DNA of 64,000 bases. Origin: a virus. Under the pieces are notes generated by a model. The model had not been told where the DNA came from, did no database searches, and saw only the letters and a program-made list of their open reading frames with translations. The stretch is from IMG/VR virus record IMGVR_UViG_3300046373_000172, positions 1-64,000 of that record; one strand, written 5' to 3'. How positions within the stretch are numbered: position 1 is the first letter of the stretch; the number at the start of each line of letters is the position of its first letter. The position numbers were made by a program, and so were the translations under genes. Positions 26,102-36,900 of the stretch are shown piece by piece.

Positions 26102-29100
26102 ATGCCTAATTTCTACTACTACCAGAAGCAGGGTGGCGAGAACGTCTGGCTGCCGTCGCCGGTGGCGGATCGTGTGCGGCTCGAAGACGAGGATCGGCCG
26201 GAGTTCATCTCCGTGCTGGCCGTGTCGCGCATCATCGACGACGAGATCACCTACGAAGACAAGCTCAAGCTGACCTATGCCGGCCCGCTGTACTTCGACT
26301 GGGACTCGTCCGACGAGCAGCTGGTGATCGAGAAGGTGAACCAGTTCCTGGACCACCTGGTCACGCTGCGGGTCAACCTGGAGATGTGCAAGCTGTTCGC
26401 CACGGGCGGGCGGGGTTACCACTTGGAGATCCCGCAGTCGATGCTGATGGACAAGATCCCGCCCAAGGGTGTGCTGGGCCTGCCTTACATCTACCGTGAG
26501 ATGGCCTACGAGATGGCGGTCGACACCTTGGACTTGCGTATCTACTCGGGGCTGAAGGGCCGCATGTGGCGCGTGGCGAATGTGCGCCGGGACAACGGCC
26601 GCTACAAGGTGCCTATCCGTGTTTCGGAGATGCGCGCCATGACGCCGGAGATGTGCCGCGAACTGACCTCTTCGCCACGCCGGGTGGTCGAAGTGGTCAA
26701 CGCCGCCTACTCGCCCGAGCTGGCCATGATCTACGAGACGGGCAAGCAGAAGGTCGAAGACATCACGCTCAAGCGCAAGCGCTTCAAGCCTGACCCGGAA
26801 GCGGCCAAGCGGGCGCACTCCGAGTCGATCCAGGCGGCGATGGCCGGCTTTGGCCTGAAGGATGGCGCCGGCTTCCACCCGATCGGCATGCAACTTGCCC
26901 AAGCCGCCTGCACGGCGGGCCTGTCGATGGAGCAGTTCATCACCGAGTGCGCCGGCTTGATCGCCAACCACCGCGGCGACGGCGAGCGTTACAGCACACC
27001 GAAGAAGCGCGAGGACGAACTGCGCCGGATGCACCGCTACATGGACGGCAACGCCTGCTACGAGTTCTCGATCGGCGCCATCAAGTCGCTGCTGGCCCAC
27101 CCGGCGCCCGACCTGGACGGCGTGCCGATCTCGGCGGAGGAGCTGAAAGAGGTGATCGCTGCGGCGGACACCTCGGCCGGAGAGGAAGACGAGTATGGCG
27201 ACGTGGCGCGCGGCATCACGCTGTCCAAGTACGGCGTGTACAAGTGGGTCGAGGGGATCAGCAAGCGGGTCTGCGCGGTGTCGTTCGACACCTCGGACCT
27301 GCTGCTGTCGTCGGAGAGTTCGACCATCATCGGCTACTCGTCGACCGTGCTGGTCAACGGGCGTTCGGTCGGGCGCCAGGTGTTGGAGACCGAGATCTTC
27401 AGCGCGCTCAATCCGTTCAACCGGTTCGCACAAAAATATGGCCACACCTTCGTGGGCAATGACCAAGACGTGCGCGTGGCGATGATGCGCTTCGTCGAGG
27501 CGGCAAAGAAAAGAGGCAGTCAAATGTACGTGGTAAAACGAGAAGGCCTGGACGTGCTCAGCGTGCCGGATCACCCGGACGAATTCTTCCGCTCCCCCTT
27601 CGTGGTGTGGGCCGAGGCGTCCGAAGTGTGGACGTCGGAAGAACTGGCCGAGCGCGGTATGAAGATGAAGTTCCTGGGGCACCCCGACCAGCGCGGCGTG
27701 ATGCGCACCGACCTGTCCCTGGCGCCGTCGCTGCCGTCCTGGCTCAAGGAACCTGGCAACAAGGAGCTGATGCGCCTGACGCTCGAGAACCTGATGTCGT
27801 GCCAGAAGGCGGACTTGATGGGCAAGCTGATCGGCTGGTACGTGTCCTGCTTCTGGAAGCAGATCTTCAACCACACCTATTCCAAGTTCCCGCTGCTGCA
27901 CGTGAACGGCGCAGCGGGGGTGGGGAAATGCTTGGGCAGGGGCACCCCGGTGTTGCTGGCCTGCGGCCAAACCTGCAACGTCGAAGACATTCGGACTGGG
28001 GACCTGCTTATGGCGCCCGACGGAGGTGTGCGCACGGTACTGTCTACGACCCAGGGCTTTGACCGCATGTTCCGCGTCTCCCAGTGGTTTGAAGGCAAGC
28101 CGCTGGAAACCTACACCGTGAATGCTGCGCACATCTTGAGCCTGCGGCATTACCGCACTGGTGAGGTGTTGAACACCAACGTCGAAGATTTCCTCGACAT
28201 TGACGGGCCAGAGGACAATATCTACCTGGGGTGGCAGGTCCCTGGGATTTTGGAGAAGGACTTGACCCCTCGGCTGGTCGAGATCGAGATTGAAGAGATG
28301 CCGGCAGACGATTACTACGGCTTCACGATCGACGGCGATCACCTGTTCCTGTTGGGCGACTTCACGGTCACCCACAACACGGAGACGAACGAACTACTTG
28401 GCTCCTTCTTCTTCTACAAGCAGGAGGTGCACACGATGTCGCCGTCGTCGACCATCTTCGCCTTAAACCAGCACTTGGCTGCGTCGGCGTCGATTCCCCT
28501 GATCGTCGACGAATACAAGCCGGCGGAGATGAAGGCCGAGCTGCACAACCGGATGAAGCAGATGTTCCGGGACGCCTACAACCAGCGCCAGATTTCACGC
28601 GGCGGCGGTACCCGGGAGTCGGACGACTTCCGCACGCTGCAGCAAGTCGAGATGGCCGCGCCGCTGGTGTTTATCGCGGAAGCGGCCGAGGACGAGGCGG
28701 CGGTGATGGAGCGCGTCGTCTTGGCCACCTTCACCCGTCCGCCGGCGATCATCGGGCTGAAGAACCTGGCCAAGTTCCAGCAGGTGCGCCAGCACCGCCA
28801 CTTGCTTGGCATCCTTGGGCAGCACATGGCCGCCAAGATCGTGCGCACCTTGACCTTCGACGGTTTCCGCGCAGAGTTCGACGCCCTGTATGAGGTGGCG
28901 CAGAATACCTACATGCTGACCGAGAAGGACTTGACCAACACCACGCTGACGGACACGGAGCGCATGAACAAGCAGAACGCCAAGGAGCGCTCGGTGTTCA
29001 ACCACACGGTGGCCAAGTACGGCTTCCAGCAGTTCCGCGCGCTGGTCAATGAGATCGTCGACGACGAAAGCCTGGACCCGTTGATGGCGACGCTGGAAGA

Positions 29101-29491
29101 CGGCATCTACTCCCGCCTGTCGGACCTGAACGCAGCCACCACGCCGGAGCACATCAAGGTGCTGGCCGAACTGGCGCAGATGAGCCACCACGTGCACAAC
29201 GACCACGCCGACGCGATCAACTTAGGTACCGAATACGCCTTCGTGCAGCACGGTGTCCAGGAGTGCATCGAGATCGCTGTGCGCCCGGCATATGCCAAGT
29301 ACCGCTCGTACTGCCGCAGCATCGGCAGCCCGGCGCTGTTCACGTCGCCGCAGGCCTTCATGCTGTCGCTGAAGGACTCGCCGGCCTTCGTCAAAGAGGG
29401 TACCGGCCAGACCCTGCTGGTGCCCAAGGTGTTCACGCTGAACAACGAGGAACTGGCGAAATACGGCGTGGATCCGTTCAAGAATCGCTAG
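26102..29491 (+). CDS. AEP-type primase fused to a P-loop helicase, intein-containing
   Basis: LYFDWD and TGGRGYH (AEP motifs); GAAGVGK/T Walker A split by the intein; LIVDE Walker B. Confidence 0.85.
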   Translation: MPNFYYYQKQGGENVWLPSPVADRVRLEDEDRPEFISVLAVSRIIDDEITYEDKLKLTYAGPLYFDWDSSDEQLVIEKVNQFLDHLVTLRVNLEMCKLFATGGRGYHLEIPQSMLMDKIPPKGVLGLPYIYREMAYEMAVDTLDLRIYSGLKGRMWRVANVRRDNGRYKVPIRVSEMRAMTPEMCRELTSSPRRVVEVVNAAYSPELAMIYETGKQKVEDITLKRKRFKPDPEAAKRAHSESIQAAMAGFGLKDGAGFHPIGMQLAQAACTAGLSMEQFITECAGLIANHRGDGERYSTPKKREDELRRMHRYMDGNACYEFSIGAIKSLLAHPAPDLDGVPISAEELKEVIAAADTSAGEEDEYGDVARGITLSKYGVYKWVEGISKRVCAVSFDTSDLLLSSESSTIIGYSSTVLVNGRSVGRQVLETEIFSALNPFNRFAQKYGHTFVGNDQDVRVAMMRFVEAAKKRGSQMYVVKREGLDVLSVPDHPDEFFRSPFVVWAEASEVWTSEELAERGMKMKFLGHPDQRGVMRTDLSLAPSLPSWLKEPGNKELMRLTLENLMSCQKADLMGKLIGWYVSCFWKQIFNHTYSKFPLLHVNGAAGVGKCLGRGTPVLLACGQTCNVEDIRTGDLLMAPDGGVRTVLSTTQGFDRMFRVSQWFEGKPLETYTVNAAHILSLRHYRTGEVLNTNVEDFLDIDGPEDNIYLGWQVPGILEKDLTPRLVEIEIEEMPADDYYGFTIDGDHLFLLGDFTVTHNTETNELLGSFFFYKQEVHTMSPSSTIFALNQHLAASASIPLIVDEYKPAEMKAELHNRMKQMFRDAYNQRQISRGGGTRESDDFRTLQQVEMAAPLVFIAEAAEDEAAVMERVVLATFTRPPAIIGLKNLAKFQQVRQHRHLLGILGQHMAAKIVRTLTFDGFRAEFDALYEVAQNTYMLTEKDLTNTTLTDTERMNKQNAKERSVFNHTVAKYGFQQFRALVNEIVDDESLDPLMATLEDGIYSRLSDLNAATTPEHIKVLAELAQMSHHVHNDHADAINLGTEYAFVQHGVQECIEIAVRPAYAKYRSYCRSIGSPALFTSPQAFMLSLKDSPAFVKEGTGQTLLVPKVFTLNNEELAKYGVDPFKNR
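27929..28378 (+). mobile_element. 150-aa mini-intein without endonuclease
   Basis: N-terminal CLGRGTPV, block B TVNAAH, C-terminal YYGFTIDGDHLFLLGDFTVTHN followed by Thr. Confidence 0.93.
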
Positions 29492-29517
29492 ACAGCCGTG
29501 CAGAAGTTTGATATCGT
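29489..29517 (+). promoter_or_regulatory. Putative promoter containing recurrent motif (copy 3)
   Basis: TAGACA-17-TATCGT; GACA gccg TG caga AGTTTGAT. Confidence 0.5.
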
Positions 29518-29585
29518 AGAATTTCCTCTGGTAAAGAGGTGCTACCCGGAAAGACCGGTCAACATTAACGTTAAAGGAAACACAA

Positions 29586-30389
29586 ATGGCACTCGTAAAC
29601 AAAGCACCTGAATTCGACGCTGGCGACGACATGGAAGAAGCAGTCGGTACCGACACAGCTACCCAGACTGTTTCTGCGGCAGATCGCGTTGCCGCAGCCG
29701 CTGCAAAACAGGCAGCTGCTGTTGCAGCTGCGGCCACCACGGCCCCTGCTGTGGTCAAGCCTTCGGCGCTGGCGGTGGCCAAGCCGGTCATGACGAATCC
29801 TCTGGAAGGCCTGAAAGATCTGATCCCGGTCACTTACGGCTCGCTCAAGTCGATCATGGTCACCAGTGGCAACGTGGTGCTGAAGGACGGCATGGAGACG
29901 CTGGGCACCCACGTCGGCCTGGAAATCCTGTCCTACCAAGACCAGTGGGTCTGCTCGCCAGGCGGCGACAGCAACGATGAAAAGTCGCTGCCGTACCTGA
30001 AATTCTCGGACGATGGCAAAACCGAACGCGAGTCCGGCGAGCCTCTGGCCGACTTTGTGCAGCTGGCCAAAAGCAACGGCTACGAAAACGCCAAGATCGT
30101 GAAACGTCTGATCGTGGTCGGCGCGCTGGTCTACCCAGGCAAGGACAAGAAGGGCAACCTGATGTCCGAACTGGAAAACGAAGTCGTGATGATCGATCTG
30201 GCGCCCGGCTCGGTCGGCAACTTCATGGCCTACCAGGCCACGTCGATGTTCAAAACTTCGCGGGGTTTGATCACCCCGGAGCAGGCCCGTATCGTTCGCC
30301 TCGAAGCTGTGCCGAAGTCCAAGAAGTCGAAGAACTGGACCGACGCCGAGTTCAAGACGTACAACCCTGAGACGGACTACGTCAAGTAA
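29586..30389 (+). CDS. Replication-module protein, possibly ssDNA-binding
   Basis: Strong RBS, own promoter and terminator, located after primase; function is inference. Confidence 0.55.
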   Translation: MALVNKAPEFDAGDDMEEAVGTDTATQTVSAADRVAAAAAKQAAAVAAAATTAPAVVKPSALAVAKPVMTNPLEGLKDLIPVTYGSLKSIMVTSGNVVLKDGMETLGTHVGLEILSYQDQWVCSPGGDSNDEKSLPYLKFSDDGKTERESGEPLADFVQLAKSNGYENAKIVKRLIVVGALVYPGKDKKGNLMSELENEVVMIDLAPGSVGNFMAYQATSMFKTSRGLITPEQARIVRLEAVPKSKKSKNWTDAEFKTYNPETDYVK

Positions 30390-30409
30390 GCCTCCAACGC
30401 TTCACCACC

Positions 30410-30434
30410 AAAGCGACCTTCGGGTCGCTTTTTT
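30410..30434 (+). terminator. Rho-independent terminator with cUUCGg loop
   Basis: AAAGCGACC-TTCG-GGTCGCTTT-TTT. Confidence 0.9.
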
Positions 30435-30447
30435 ATAGCGAGAACGT

Positions 30448-31131
30448 ATGGACGAACAGATAAAACGCTACATCATCGGCGACACCGAGACGACCGGCCT
30501 GCCGCCGAACAAGCATGCCTGCCAGGTAGGGCTGATCGAGATCGACCCGATCACGTTGGACGTGATGTGGGAGATCGAGTCGCTGATTGACCCGCTGCAT
30601 CCGATCGAGCCAGGCGCCCAAGCGATTCACGGCATCTCCGACGCCATGGTGCGCTGCGAGCCGACGATGGCGGAATTCATCGACCGGGACTTGGCCGGCG
30701 GCTTGTCGGGCAGCATCACCATGATCTGTCATAACGTCAGCTTTGACCTGAGCCTGCTGCAGCCGATCGGCGGCATCGACCGCACCATCTGCACGCTGGT
30801 CGAAGCACGCCAGTGCATCCGTGGCACCAAGAGCCACAAGCTGGCCGACTTGGCCGAGCACTTCGGCTTCGTGCCGGACGTGGCGCACAAGGCCTTGGCC
30901 GATTGCCACACCACGCGCCTGCTGCTGATCAAGCTGATGGAGATCACCGGCCAGACGCTGGACCAACTAGCCACGCCGAAGAAGCGCGTGGTGCACGTTC
31001 AGCCTTGGGGCATCCACAAGGACAAGCTGCTGGTCGACATCCCGTCCGGCTACCTGACCTGGCTGTTGACCCTGAAGGACTTGGAACCCAACCTGCGCGA
31101 GAGCGTGGAGAAAGCGCTGGCACTGAAATGA
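30448..31131 (+). CDS. DnaQ/ExoX-like 3'-5' exonuclease
   Basis: DTETTG, HNVSFD, HKALAD (DEDDh); C-terminal WGIHK...IPSGYLTW. Confidence 0.9.
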   Translation: MDEQIKRYIIGDTETTGLPPNKHACQVGLIEIDPITLDVMWEIESLIDPLHPIEPGAQAIHGISDAMVRCEPTMAEFIDRDLAGGLSGSITMICHNVSFDLSLLQPIGGIDRTICTLVEARQCIRGTKSHKLADLAEHFGFVPDVAHKALADCHTTRLLLIKLMEITGQTLDQLATPKKRVVHVQPWGIHKDKLLVDIPSGYLTWLLTLKDLEPNLRESVEKALALK

Positions 31132-31397
31132 CCCCGATTAAAGATCTGCGCGACGTGATGCACGTTGCCAGCTATGCAGTAGACACGGCTAAGCTGCTGG
31201 CGGCGTTCGGGATTTCTCCGGGCGCTGGCGTGACTCACCTGAACCTGAAAGTGGCGTCCGCTGATATGGTCGAGCTGACCGTGCGCCGCTACATCACGCA
31301 GCCAGAACTGGACGCGCTGATGGTCGCCCTGGAGCAAGAGCCCAGGCCTGTCCTGGTCGACACGCTCTCCGTAAAGCACACCTTCCCCTGCGTATAA
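31128..31397 (+). CDS. Hypothetical protein
   Basis: ATGA overlap. Confidence 0.6.
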   Translation: MTPIKDLRDVMHVASYAVDTAKLLAAFGISPGAGVTHLNLKVASADMVELTVRRYITQPELDALMVALEQEPRPVLVDTLSVKHTFPCV

Positions 31398-31406
31398 GGA
31401 ACTGCC

Positions 31407-31934
31407 ATGAACATCGGCAAAACCCAAATGATGCAGGACCTCCAACGCTACCTTGCAATCTTCCCGAAAGCACCTATGACCTCCTTCGCCCAAAACATCA
31501 CCACCTTCAACGCCATGTACAAGATGCCAATCGCCCCGGCGCCGCGCTTGATCTCCGCCAAGCGCCTGATCGACTTCAAGTCGATCCTGGGCAAGGAGCT
31601 GAACGAGATCGACGACATCCTGGCCAAGTGGGAAAGCAAGAGCCTGAGCCCTGAAGGCCAGCTCGAACTGCTGACTGACATCGCCGACCTGTTGGGCGAT
31701 CTGCAGGTCTACTGCGCCAGCGAGATGGCCAAGTGGGGCCTGCCGCTGGAAGCCACCTTGCAGATCATCATGGAGTCGAACTTCAGCAAGATGGGCGCCG
31801 ACGGCTTGCCGATCTACGACGATCAGGACAAGCTGCAGAAAGGCCCTCACTACTGGAAGCCTGAACCACGTATCAGCGACATGCTGTCAGGCCGCATCGA
31901 AGCCCATCGGCTGCTGATGAAAGCGCCGCTGTAA
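31407..31934 (+). CDS. MazG-like NTP pyrophosphohydrolase
   Basis: ELNE...ADLLGDL...ESNFSK...DKLQKGPHYWKP. Confidence 0.8.
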   Translation: MNIGKTQMMQDLQRYLAIFPKAPMTSFAQNITTFNAMYKMPIAPAPRLISAKRLIDFKSILGKELNEIDDILAKWESKSLSPEGQLELLTDIADLLGDLQVYCASEMAKWGLPLEATLQIIMESNFSKMGADGLPIYDDQDKLQKGPHYWKPEPRISDMLSGRIEAHRLLMKAPL

Positions 31935-31936
31935 CC

Positions 31937-32974
31937 ATGGCCATCGCACAATCCCAAGTGCGCTCGCTGGCCCGGGCGATCGCCAACGGCATCGCCTTGG
32001 CCGACCTCGACTCCGAAGAGGTGGCGCCGGGCCGCATCGTGCACACCGACTTGCCGTGGACTGTCCCCGGCTTGCAGGTGGGCGCGCAGCTGGCCGGCGC
32101 CGAGGTGCAGGACTTCCTGGACGCCCCCTTGAGCGTGGACCCGGTCAAGCTGGCCGCCTTCTGGCACAAGACGCTGTACGACTTGTGGCACACGCCGGGC
32201 ACCCAGCTGCGCAAGGGCTATATCCTCAACACCTGCCAGTTCCGGCTGTGGCGCCAAGGCCAGCGCATGCTGCGCTTTGCCATGCCGCCCGGCTCGGACG
32301 ACATGCAGCTGGAACTGACGACCGGCTTGCAGCTGTCGATGGAAGTGGCCCACACCGCCTACATCTCGCTGCCGGTGCGTCACTTCGTACGCACCGACGA
32401 CGACTACTTCGTCGAACTGGCCAACGGCCAGGAGTTCGGCGTGCGCGCCGGCCGGCCGATCATCGAGTCGCCCTGGCAGTACGACGGGCGCGGCCAGATG
32501 TACGACTTGGCGGAGATGCCACGCGGCCCGACCAGCTACGCCTGCCAGCACGATCAGATTGCCCATGTGCGCTCGCTGATTTACGTGCACAAGGAGCGCT
32601 TCAAGGCCAACTTCGAAGGCCTCGACGTCGCGCTGCAGGCCATGCGCTTCCTCACCAACAACACGCCCTGCCCGGACTTGCTGCCGCAGGTGCGCCGGGC
32701 GCCCGTGACCACGCAGCTGGACAAGGAGCGTGAGCGGATCCTGTGGGACGCGATCAGCGTCATGGAATCGAGCATGGCGGACCGGGCCAAGCTGATCGCG
32801 CTGGAGTCCTTGCTGGTGCCGACGGTGATGTCGCTGTCCAAGTTCCGGCGGGCGATCTTCTCGTCGCCGCGCTACCCCTTCACGATGACGATACAAAAAC
32901 ACGATGCCGTGCTGAACACGGTGCGCCAACTTTACGAGACGGAGGTCCCATGCAGTCTAAAACGCAATCAATGA
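31937..32974 (+). CDS. Hypothetical protein (345 aa) in the nucleotide-metabolism cluster
   Basis: Long ORF with GC3-rich codons; no motif recognised. Confidence 0.7.
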   Translation: MAIAQSQVRSLARAIANGIALADLDSEEVAPGRIVHTDLPWTVPGLQVGAQLAGAEVQDFLDAPLSVDPVKLAAFWHKTLYDLWHTPGTQLRKGYILNTCQFRLWRQGQRMLRFAMPPGSDDMQLELTTGLQLSMEVAHTAYISLPVRHFVRTDDDYFVELANGQEFGVRAGRPIIESPWQYDGRGQMYDLAEMPRGPTSYACQHDQIAHVRSLIYVHKERFKANFEGLDVALQAMRFLTNNTPCPDLLPQVRRAPVTTQLDKERERILWDAISVMESSMADRAKLIALESLLVPTVMSLSKFRRAIFSSPRYPFTMTIQKHDAVLNTVRQLYETEVPCSLKRNQ

Positions 32975-33171
32975 CCGAGGTGGTCGTGTCGACCGGGGTG
33001 GCGTTCTTGATTTCGGCGGTGCTGCAGCAGTTCGTCGTGGCGTCTCTGTTCCACCTCAACACCTCGCCGGCGGCGAACCTTGGGCTGACCTGCTTCTTCA
33101 CGGTCGTCTCGCTGGTGCGGTCGTACCTCTTCCGCAGATTCTTCAACTGGCTTCACAGGAGCAATGCATGA
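32950..33171 (+). CDS. Small conserved phage membrane protein
   Basis: MQSKTQSMTE...FTVVSLVRSYLFRRFFN; GGAGG RBS. Confidence 0.75.
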   Translation: MQSKTQSMTEVVVSTGVAFLISAVLQQFVVASLFHLNTSPAANLGLTCFFTVVSLVRSYLFRRFFNWLHRSNA

Positions 33172-33725
33172 ACCCTAAATCCATTCTGATCGGCCTGGCC
33201 GGGCCGGCCGGCGCCGGCAAGGACACCGTCGCCGATTACCTGGTCGAGAAGCACAGCTTCCAGAAGCTGTCCTTCGCCGGCCCGCTCAAGGCGATGCTGG
33301 CCGCCGGCGGCATGCCGGAGCCGCAGGACCGCGCGCTGAAGGAGTTAGCCATTCCAGGCTTCGACTTCAGCTGGCGCCAAGCCGCCCAGTCACTTGGGAC
33401 GGAGTGGGGCCGCGAGCTAGACCCGGACCTGTGGATCAAGCTGGTAGAGAAGCGCATCGCGTCGATCGACAACGTGCTGTCCTCCCGCGGCTCCCGCATC
33501 GTGCTGTCGGATGTGCGGTTTGTGAACGAGGCGGAAATGATTAACCGTATGGGCGGCTCGGTGGTGCACATCCTGGGTCGCCAAGCAGACTTAGGGCTGG
33601 CCGCGTCTCATGTCAGCGAGGCCAAGCTGATGATCGAGGATCAGGATCTGATCATCGACAACCGCGGCGACATCGAGCAGCTGCACGCCGAGATCGAAGA
33701 AGTCATGTACGCGGTGGGCAATTGA
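33168..33725 (+). CDS. Deoxynucleoside monophosphate kinase
   Basis: GPAGAGKDT, QSLGTEWGR, SDVRFVNE, HVSE. Confidence 0.9.
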   Translation: MNPKSILIGLAGPAGAGKDTVADYLVEKHSFQKLSFAGPLKAMLAAGGMPEPQDRALKELAIPGFDFSWRQAAQSLGTEWGRELDPDLWIKLVEKRIASIDNVLSSRGSRIVLSDVRFVNEAEMINRMGGSVVHILGRQADLGLAASHVSEAKLMIEDQDLIIDNRGDIEQLHAEIEEVMYAVGN

Positions 33726-33988
33726 TGGAGCGCTCCGCTGACCCGATCGACAACGCCAGCGCCGAGACTGACTTGGCGGACGAGCAGGCGGTGCTGCGCC
33801 GGCGCCATGCCGAAGCGCTGCGCATCCGGCGCACCGCCATCGCCTTGGCCGACGGCGACTTCAACGGCATCAACTGCGTGGAGTGCTACGACGAGTTGCC
33901 GGCGGTGCGGATCGCCGACCACCGGATGCTGTGCACACCTTGCGCTTCAGCGCAGGAGAAGAAAGACAAACTGAAAGGGATACGATGA
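33725..33988 (+). CDS. DksA/TraR C4-type zinc-finger protein
   Basis: DPIDNAS; CVEC...CTPC. Confidence 0.8.
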   Translation: MERSADPIDNASAETDLADEQAVLRRRHAEALRIRRTAIALADGDFNGINCVECYDELPAVRIADHRMLCTPCASAQEKKDKLKGIR

Positions 33989-36900
33989 AACGAACCCGCA
34001 TTGGCTACGATATGTCAGCATTTTTATGGAACGCCCTGCTGTACGGCAAGGACGTAGAGAACGGGCACCAAGCCATCCACAAGGAGAAGCCTTGCTGGAT
34101 CAACTCCTGGCACCACGGCTACGACAACGTCGTGCCGCGCATGGCCGAGTTGCTGACCAAGTACCGCCTGAACCCGATCGACATGATCCTGGTTTTCGAG
34201 GGTAAGAATTCCAAGTCCAAGCGTCTGATGATCGACAAGAATTACAAGCAGGGCCGCGAGCATCCGGAAGATGCCTACGTTGAATTCCTGACGCTGCGCG
34301 ACAAGGTCAAGGCGCTCTGGCTCAGCCTCGGCGCCCAGGTGCTGACGCAGGACTATGCCGAGGGTGACGACACGCTGGCCTGGCTGGCCGAGAACACCGA
34401 GGACGATCTGATCATCGCCACCTTCGACAACGACTTGTCGGCGCTCAACGGCGTCAACGGGTATGGCGCCACGACCACCGTCTGGGTCAACGACCTGGAG
34501 GCGCACAACAAGTACGGCATTTTCGACTACCACCTGATCACCACCTACAAGGCGCTGGTCGGCGATTCGTCCGACAACATCAAGGGCTGTGTCGGCTTCG
34601 GCCCTAAAACGTTCCTGAAGTTCTGCGACCAGTATGGCTACGACGGCCTGCAGGAGCTGCACAACCTGCTGTCGATGTCCGACTTGTCGCCGCTGGCCGA
34701 GATGGCCGCCTCCGGCAAGCACCCGCTGGTGGCGATGATCGTCGACCAGGGGCCGGACGTGATCCGCTGCTTCGACCTGGCCAAGCTGCGCCCCGAGTGG
34801 GTCAACACGATGGCCTACCCGTTGACGTGGGAAGCGGGCATGGTAACGCCGCTGAGTGCTGCGTCAGATCCACTGATGAAGAAGTATTACGGCCGCGCGC
34901 GGCTGGTGTCAGCCGGCTCGTTCGCCGCGGCGATCGAATGGGCCAAGCCCTTGATTCTGGCGTCGCGGGATGTGGCGCTGGATATCGAAACCACGACGAG
35001 CGAGGAGTCTTCCGAATGGCTTGAACGCAAAGGCAACATCGATGGCGTCGACGTGTTCGGCTCCACCCTGTGCGGACTTGGGCTGACCTTCGGTCCGAAC
35101 AACCAATACACGCTGTACTTTTCCGTCAACCATGCAGACACCGACAACATCGCGTCGGAAGACCTGCGCCAGTTCATCGCCTGGATCCCACAGGACAAAC
35201 ACCTGGTGATCCAGAACACGAACTTCGAGCTCCCCGTGCTGTACCAGGCATGGGGCGACAAGCAGCTGGACAACGGCTTCTACGGCTACCTGCCCAATGT
35301 GCTCGATACCAAACTGGAAGCTTCGTACCAGGACGAGAACAGCCCACTTGGGCTGAAGCAGCGCTCCCTGAAGATCTTGAATTATAAGCAGCAGACGTAC
35401 GAGGAAACGACGCGCTTGACCGGCACCCCTTCCGAATTGTTCAAGGGGGGCCGGCTGGTGTCGACGCAGTACAAAAAGCAAATGGTCGGCACCGGGAAGT
35501 TCGAATTGGTGCCTCTGCTGGACGACAGCGGAGTTCCGATGCTGGACGAAGACGGCGCCCAAGTGCTGCAGCAGGGTGGCGAGATCATGAAGGAAGAACT
35601 GGTGCTGGTGCCTTCCGGCCGCACGATGACCGCCGTCGTCGACCTGAAAACCGGCAAGCGCCTGCACTATATTTATGCCGATCAGGACGAGATCGATTCC
35701 AGCGAAGAGTACGACCCGTCCGACACGGCGCCGGAAATGGTGCCAGTGGTCGATACCGAAACGCGCCAGTACAAGATGCATGAGTTGCCGGCTGCGCACG
35801 TCTTCGGTTACGGCGCTGACGATCCGATTTGCACGATCGCCTTGCACAATTTCTACAAGCTGTTCATGCAGCTGGAGCACACGTACGAGACCTACCTGAA
35901 GGTCGAGATCCAGGCGGCGTATGCCAACGCCATGGCGTTCGTCTCCGGCATCCCGTTCTCGATGGAGCGCATGATGTCCTGCGAGCGGGAGGACAATGCG
36001 TCGGTAGCCAAGTCGTGGCCGGTGCTACGCTCCTTCCTGATCGACAAGGGCTGGGCCGGCACCGTGCCTCCCGTTTACACGGTGGACATCACGGCGGCGC
36101 AGGTGAAGGAAGCGTTCGAAATCGTCGCCGGCCGCAAGCTGGAGACGATGATGCGCACGGTCTCCAAGTTGGCGATCTTCGCCCGCGAAGACGGCGAGCC
36201 GATCTTTGCCGAACTGCTGTCGCGGGTCGACAAGGAGAAAACGCCGGAAGCGGTCCAGGCGTTTAACGCCTACGTGCTGGGCCGGTTCAAGGGCGAGCCG
36301 GAGTTCAACGCCGACAGCCCGGTGCAGATGAAGCGCCTGCTGTACGAGACCTTGGGCCTGCCGGTCCGCTTGACCAATAAGGTGACGGACGCCCAGCGCG
36401 CCAAAGGTGAGACTCAGGGCACCGCGAAGACGGATGACCTGGCGCTGCAAACGGCGCTGCACTATGACAGCGAGTTCACCGACCTGTCCGTGCTCAAGGC
36501 GATCCAGGTCATGAAGCAGTGCGGCACCCGGTCGAAGCTGTACTACAAGCCGTACCGAAACTTCCCCCACTGGCGTGATGGCTTGTTGCACCCGTCGACG
36601 AACCAGTGCGCGACGGTCACGCGCAGGAACAGCGCCAGCGACCCGAACTACACCCAGTGGCCTGCCAAGGGTGAAGGCTTGCGCTTCCGGGAGTGCATTG
36701 TGGCGCGTAAGCGGGGCCGGGTCATCATCTCGTCGGACTGCTCCGGCCAGGAGTTGCGCTTGGCGGCGGACTTTAGCCGGGACCCGAACATGCTGTCCTG
36801 CTATATCGGCGAGAACCTGCGGGACATCCACTCGATGGTGGCTGCGGCGGCAACGAAGTACTTCTGGGATCGGGAGTGGTCGTACGAAGAATTCTATGCT

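Noticed and set aside
26084-28375. 763-aa minus-strand ORF opposite the primase-helicase (likewise 43428..45110, 36025..37368, 24191..25375)
   Set aside because: Shadow ORFs caused by codon bias; the plus strand carries clear enzyme motifs.
33883-33984. Upstream extensions of ORF-track calls (polymerase 33883, ligase 38171, helicase 24053, endolysin 46619)
   Set aside because: They overlap real neighbouring genes in another frame; downstream ATGs with RBS or translational coupling are better starts.
35400-35780. Polymerase insertion as an intein or intron
   Set aside because: No Cys/Ser start with His-Asn end, and the reading frame is uninterrupted.
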